Below, piece by piece: positions 15,708-64,000 of a stretch of 64,000 nt of DNA. The DNA lies in NCBI GenBank assembly GCA_002269645.1, contig NIVC01002823.1, forward strand, positions 1 to 64,000, in the 5' to 3' direction. The translations under genes and the position numbers were made by a program. This DNA is from Macrostomum lignano (Eukaryota). The notes under the pieces were generated by a model. It searched no databases, had not been told where the DNA came from, and saw nothing but the letters and a program-made list of their open reading frames with translations. Every line of letters starts with the position of its first letter. The stretch's first letter is position 1.

Positions 15708-16775
15708 GGGTGAGATTCGGGTGAAACAGGGTGAGATTCGGGTGAAACAGGGTGAGATTCGGGTGAAACAGGGTGAGATCCGGGTGAAACAGGGTGAGTT
15801 TTAGTGAATCAGGGTGAGATTTATTGACTCAGGGTGAGATTTAGTGAATCAGAGTGAGATTAAGTGAATAAGATTGAGATTTAGTGAATCAGAGTGAGCT
15901 TTAGTGAATAAAAATGAGATTTAGTGAATCAGAGTGACATTTAGTGAATCAGAGTGACATTTAGTGAATCAGAGTGAGATTTAGTGAATCAGAGTGACAT
16001 TTAGTGAATCAGAGTGACATTTAGTGAATCAGAGTGAGATTAGGTGAATCAGAGTGACATTTGGTGAATCAGAGTGACATTTAGTGAATCAGAGTGACAT
16101 TTAGTGAATCAGAGTGAGATTTAGTGAATCAGAGTGACATTTAGTGAATCAGAGTGACATTTAGTGAATCAGAGTGACATTTAGTGAATCAGAGTGAGAT
16201 TTAGTGAATCAGAGTGTGATTAGGTGAATCAGAGTGACATTTGGTGAATCAGAGTGACATTTAGTGAATCAGAGTGACATTTAGTGAATCAGAGTGAGAT
16301 TTAGTGAATCAGAGTGACATTTAGTGAATCAGAGTGACATTTAGTGAATCAGAGTGTGATTAGGTGAATCAGAGTGAGATTTAGTGAATCAGAGTGACAT
16401 TTAGTGAATCAGAGTGAGATTTAGTGAATCAGAGTGACATTTGGTGAATCAGAGTGAGATTTAGTGAATAAGAATGAGATTTAGTGAATCAGAGTGACAT
16501 TTAGTGAATCAGAGTGAGATTTAGTGAATCAGAGTGACATTTAGTGAATCAGAGTGAGATTTAGTGAATCAGAGTGACATTTAGTGAATCAGAGTGAGAT
16601 TTAGTGAATCAGAGTGTGATTAGGTGAATCAGAGTGAGATTTAGTGAGTATTGGTGAGATTTGGTGAATCAGAGTGAGGTTTAGTGAATCAGAGTAAGAT
16701 TTAGTGAATAAAAATGAGATTTGGTGACTCAGAGTGAGATTTAGTGAGTCTGGGTGAGATTTGGTGAATCAGTGA
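15708..16775. repeat. 20-bp minisatellite (TTAGTGAATCAGAGTGAGAT)n
   Basis: Direct inspection. Confidence 0.95.
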
Positions 16776-17289
16776 TTACATTCATGATTTGGCAGCATTG
16801 GCTTTGGCTCTATTACCCATTTGTAAAACGTTTTTATGGTCATAAATTAAACGAGGTCTAGAGAAAGCATTCGTAGTGTCTGCCTGTTGCTCAAAAGAAA
16901 AATAAACAGAAAACCAAGTCGACCTACTTGTAGGTGTCTATTTGTGGCTTGTGAGTTCAAGTCATACAGTTTATAAGACATCAGTTTAACAAGCACGCAA
17001 GGACGCTGGGGTCATGGAGAAAGTGACTGATTGTTTAGTACAACAAACTTTATCAACTCAATTTCTTGGCTTGCTACTGAGTTAGTAGAGTAATACGGAT
17101 GTTTAAACATTAATTTATTCACAAAACTGGGCATTAGGCACTAAGGGATGGTTGGTTACGCGCAAGTCAAAGATGAGGGATTTATAGTTAATTAGCACTG
17201 TGACTGGAGCATGAACAGCACGAATTGGTTTGGATTCTCGCGTGCAGGAAATGACATGTACGGCTTTGTAATTGGCCTCCCACCCGGAT

Positions 17290-17580
17290 AGCCTGCACCC
17301 TCTCACCCCCGCCTAGCCTGCACCCTCACCCCCCGCCTAGCCTACACCCTCACAACCCACCTAGCCTGCACCCTCACCCCGCCTAGACTGCACCCTCACC
17401 CCGCCTAGCCTGCACCCTCACCCCCCGCCTAGCCTACACCCTCACAACCCACCTAGCCTGCACCCTCACCCCGCCTAGACTGCACCCTCACCCCGCCTAG
17501 CCTGCACCCTCACACCACGCCTTGCCTGCACCCTCACCCCCCCATCCAGCCTGCACCCTCACAACCCACCCAGACTGCAC
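17290..17580. repeat. About 22-25 bp minisatellite (CCTAGCCTGCACCCTCACCCC)
   Basis: Direct inspection. Confidence 0.9.
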
Positions 17581-17958
17581 CACAAAGTCCCGCCGAGCAT
17601 TCGAAGTTCTTAAATCCCCAGTAAGCTGTAAAGCGAGACTCTAATCTTCAAAATAGCCGTTGGACATCCCAGACATTACAGGCAAGCATGGCGCTCCAAG
17701 CAAAAATACAGACGGAACATAAAAAACACATTGAAAAATATTTTTACTACGAACAGAAGAATGACGGCACAGCAAATCTGCATCAACTTTAATACTGCAC
17801 GGAAACAGCACGGATTTAATTTGATTTAATTTATATCTAGAAGACAAGATAGGTTGGATGACGGCTCGTGAAAGACGAACATTCTGTGGGATTAGCTGAA
17901 TTTAACTTGGAGAGGCCATCATTGATTTATGATATAGTGGACTCAATGTCAGCTCAAG

Positions 17959-63810
<45,852 letters not shown>

Positions 63811-63850
63811 CTGTGCATTGAAGAGAAATCAACAATTGTGGGTTTGGAAT

Positions 63851-64000
63851 CTGGTCACGGAGGTCATAGAGCTACACTCTCTGGTCACGGAGGTCATAGA
63901 GCTACACTCTCTGGTCACGGAGGTCATAGAGCTACACTCTCTGGTCACGGAGGTCGTAGAGCTACACTCTCTGGTCACGGAGGTCATAGAGCTACACTCT
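63851..64000. repeat. 30-bp minisatellite (CTGGTCACGGAGGTCATAGAGCTACACTCT)n running off the window
   Basis: Direct inspection. Confidence 0.93.

Overview
Eukaryotic, intron-rich genomic DNA. GC3-rich exons, introns full of unrelated minisatellites and the Cav1, USP and myosin light chain sequences suggest a free-living flatworm such as Macrostomum (inference). About 46 kb (17959 to beyond the window end, minus strand) is one L-type voltage-gated Ca2+ channel alpha-1 (Cav1) gene. I traced its exons by hand with consistent splice phases from domain I S5 to the stop codon; it has an EEEE filter, AID and IQ motif. It has two pairs of tandem, phase-incompatible (mutually exclusive) exons: one for IIIS2-S3 and one for the domain IV outer loop plus IVS6, which switches a dihydropyridine-site residue. 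A small Crumbs/CRB3-like membrane protein ORF (GxY..E and EERLI tail) is nested on the same strand in one intron. The left part has a frameshifted RING/B-box (TRIM-like) gene, a 3-exon TESK/LIMK-like kinase, an alpha-tubulin with two RFX X-boxes, an intronless USP gene and an intronless myosin essential light chain. Mobile DNA includes a tRNA-derived SINE family, two long-TIR MITEs and two solo LTRs, each LTR inserted in a tandem array. No rRNA, intact tRNA or CRISPR array is supported. Most long ORFs in the supplied track are repeat or antisense artefacts.
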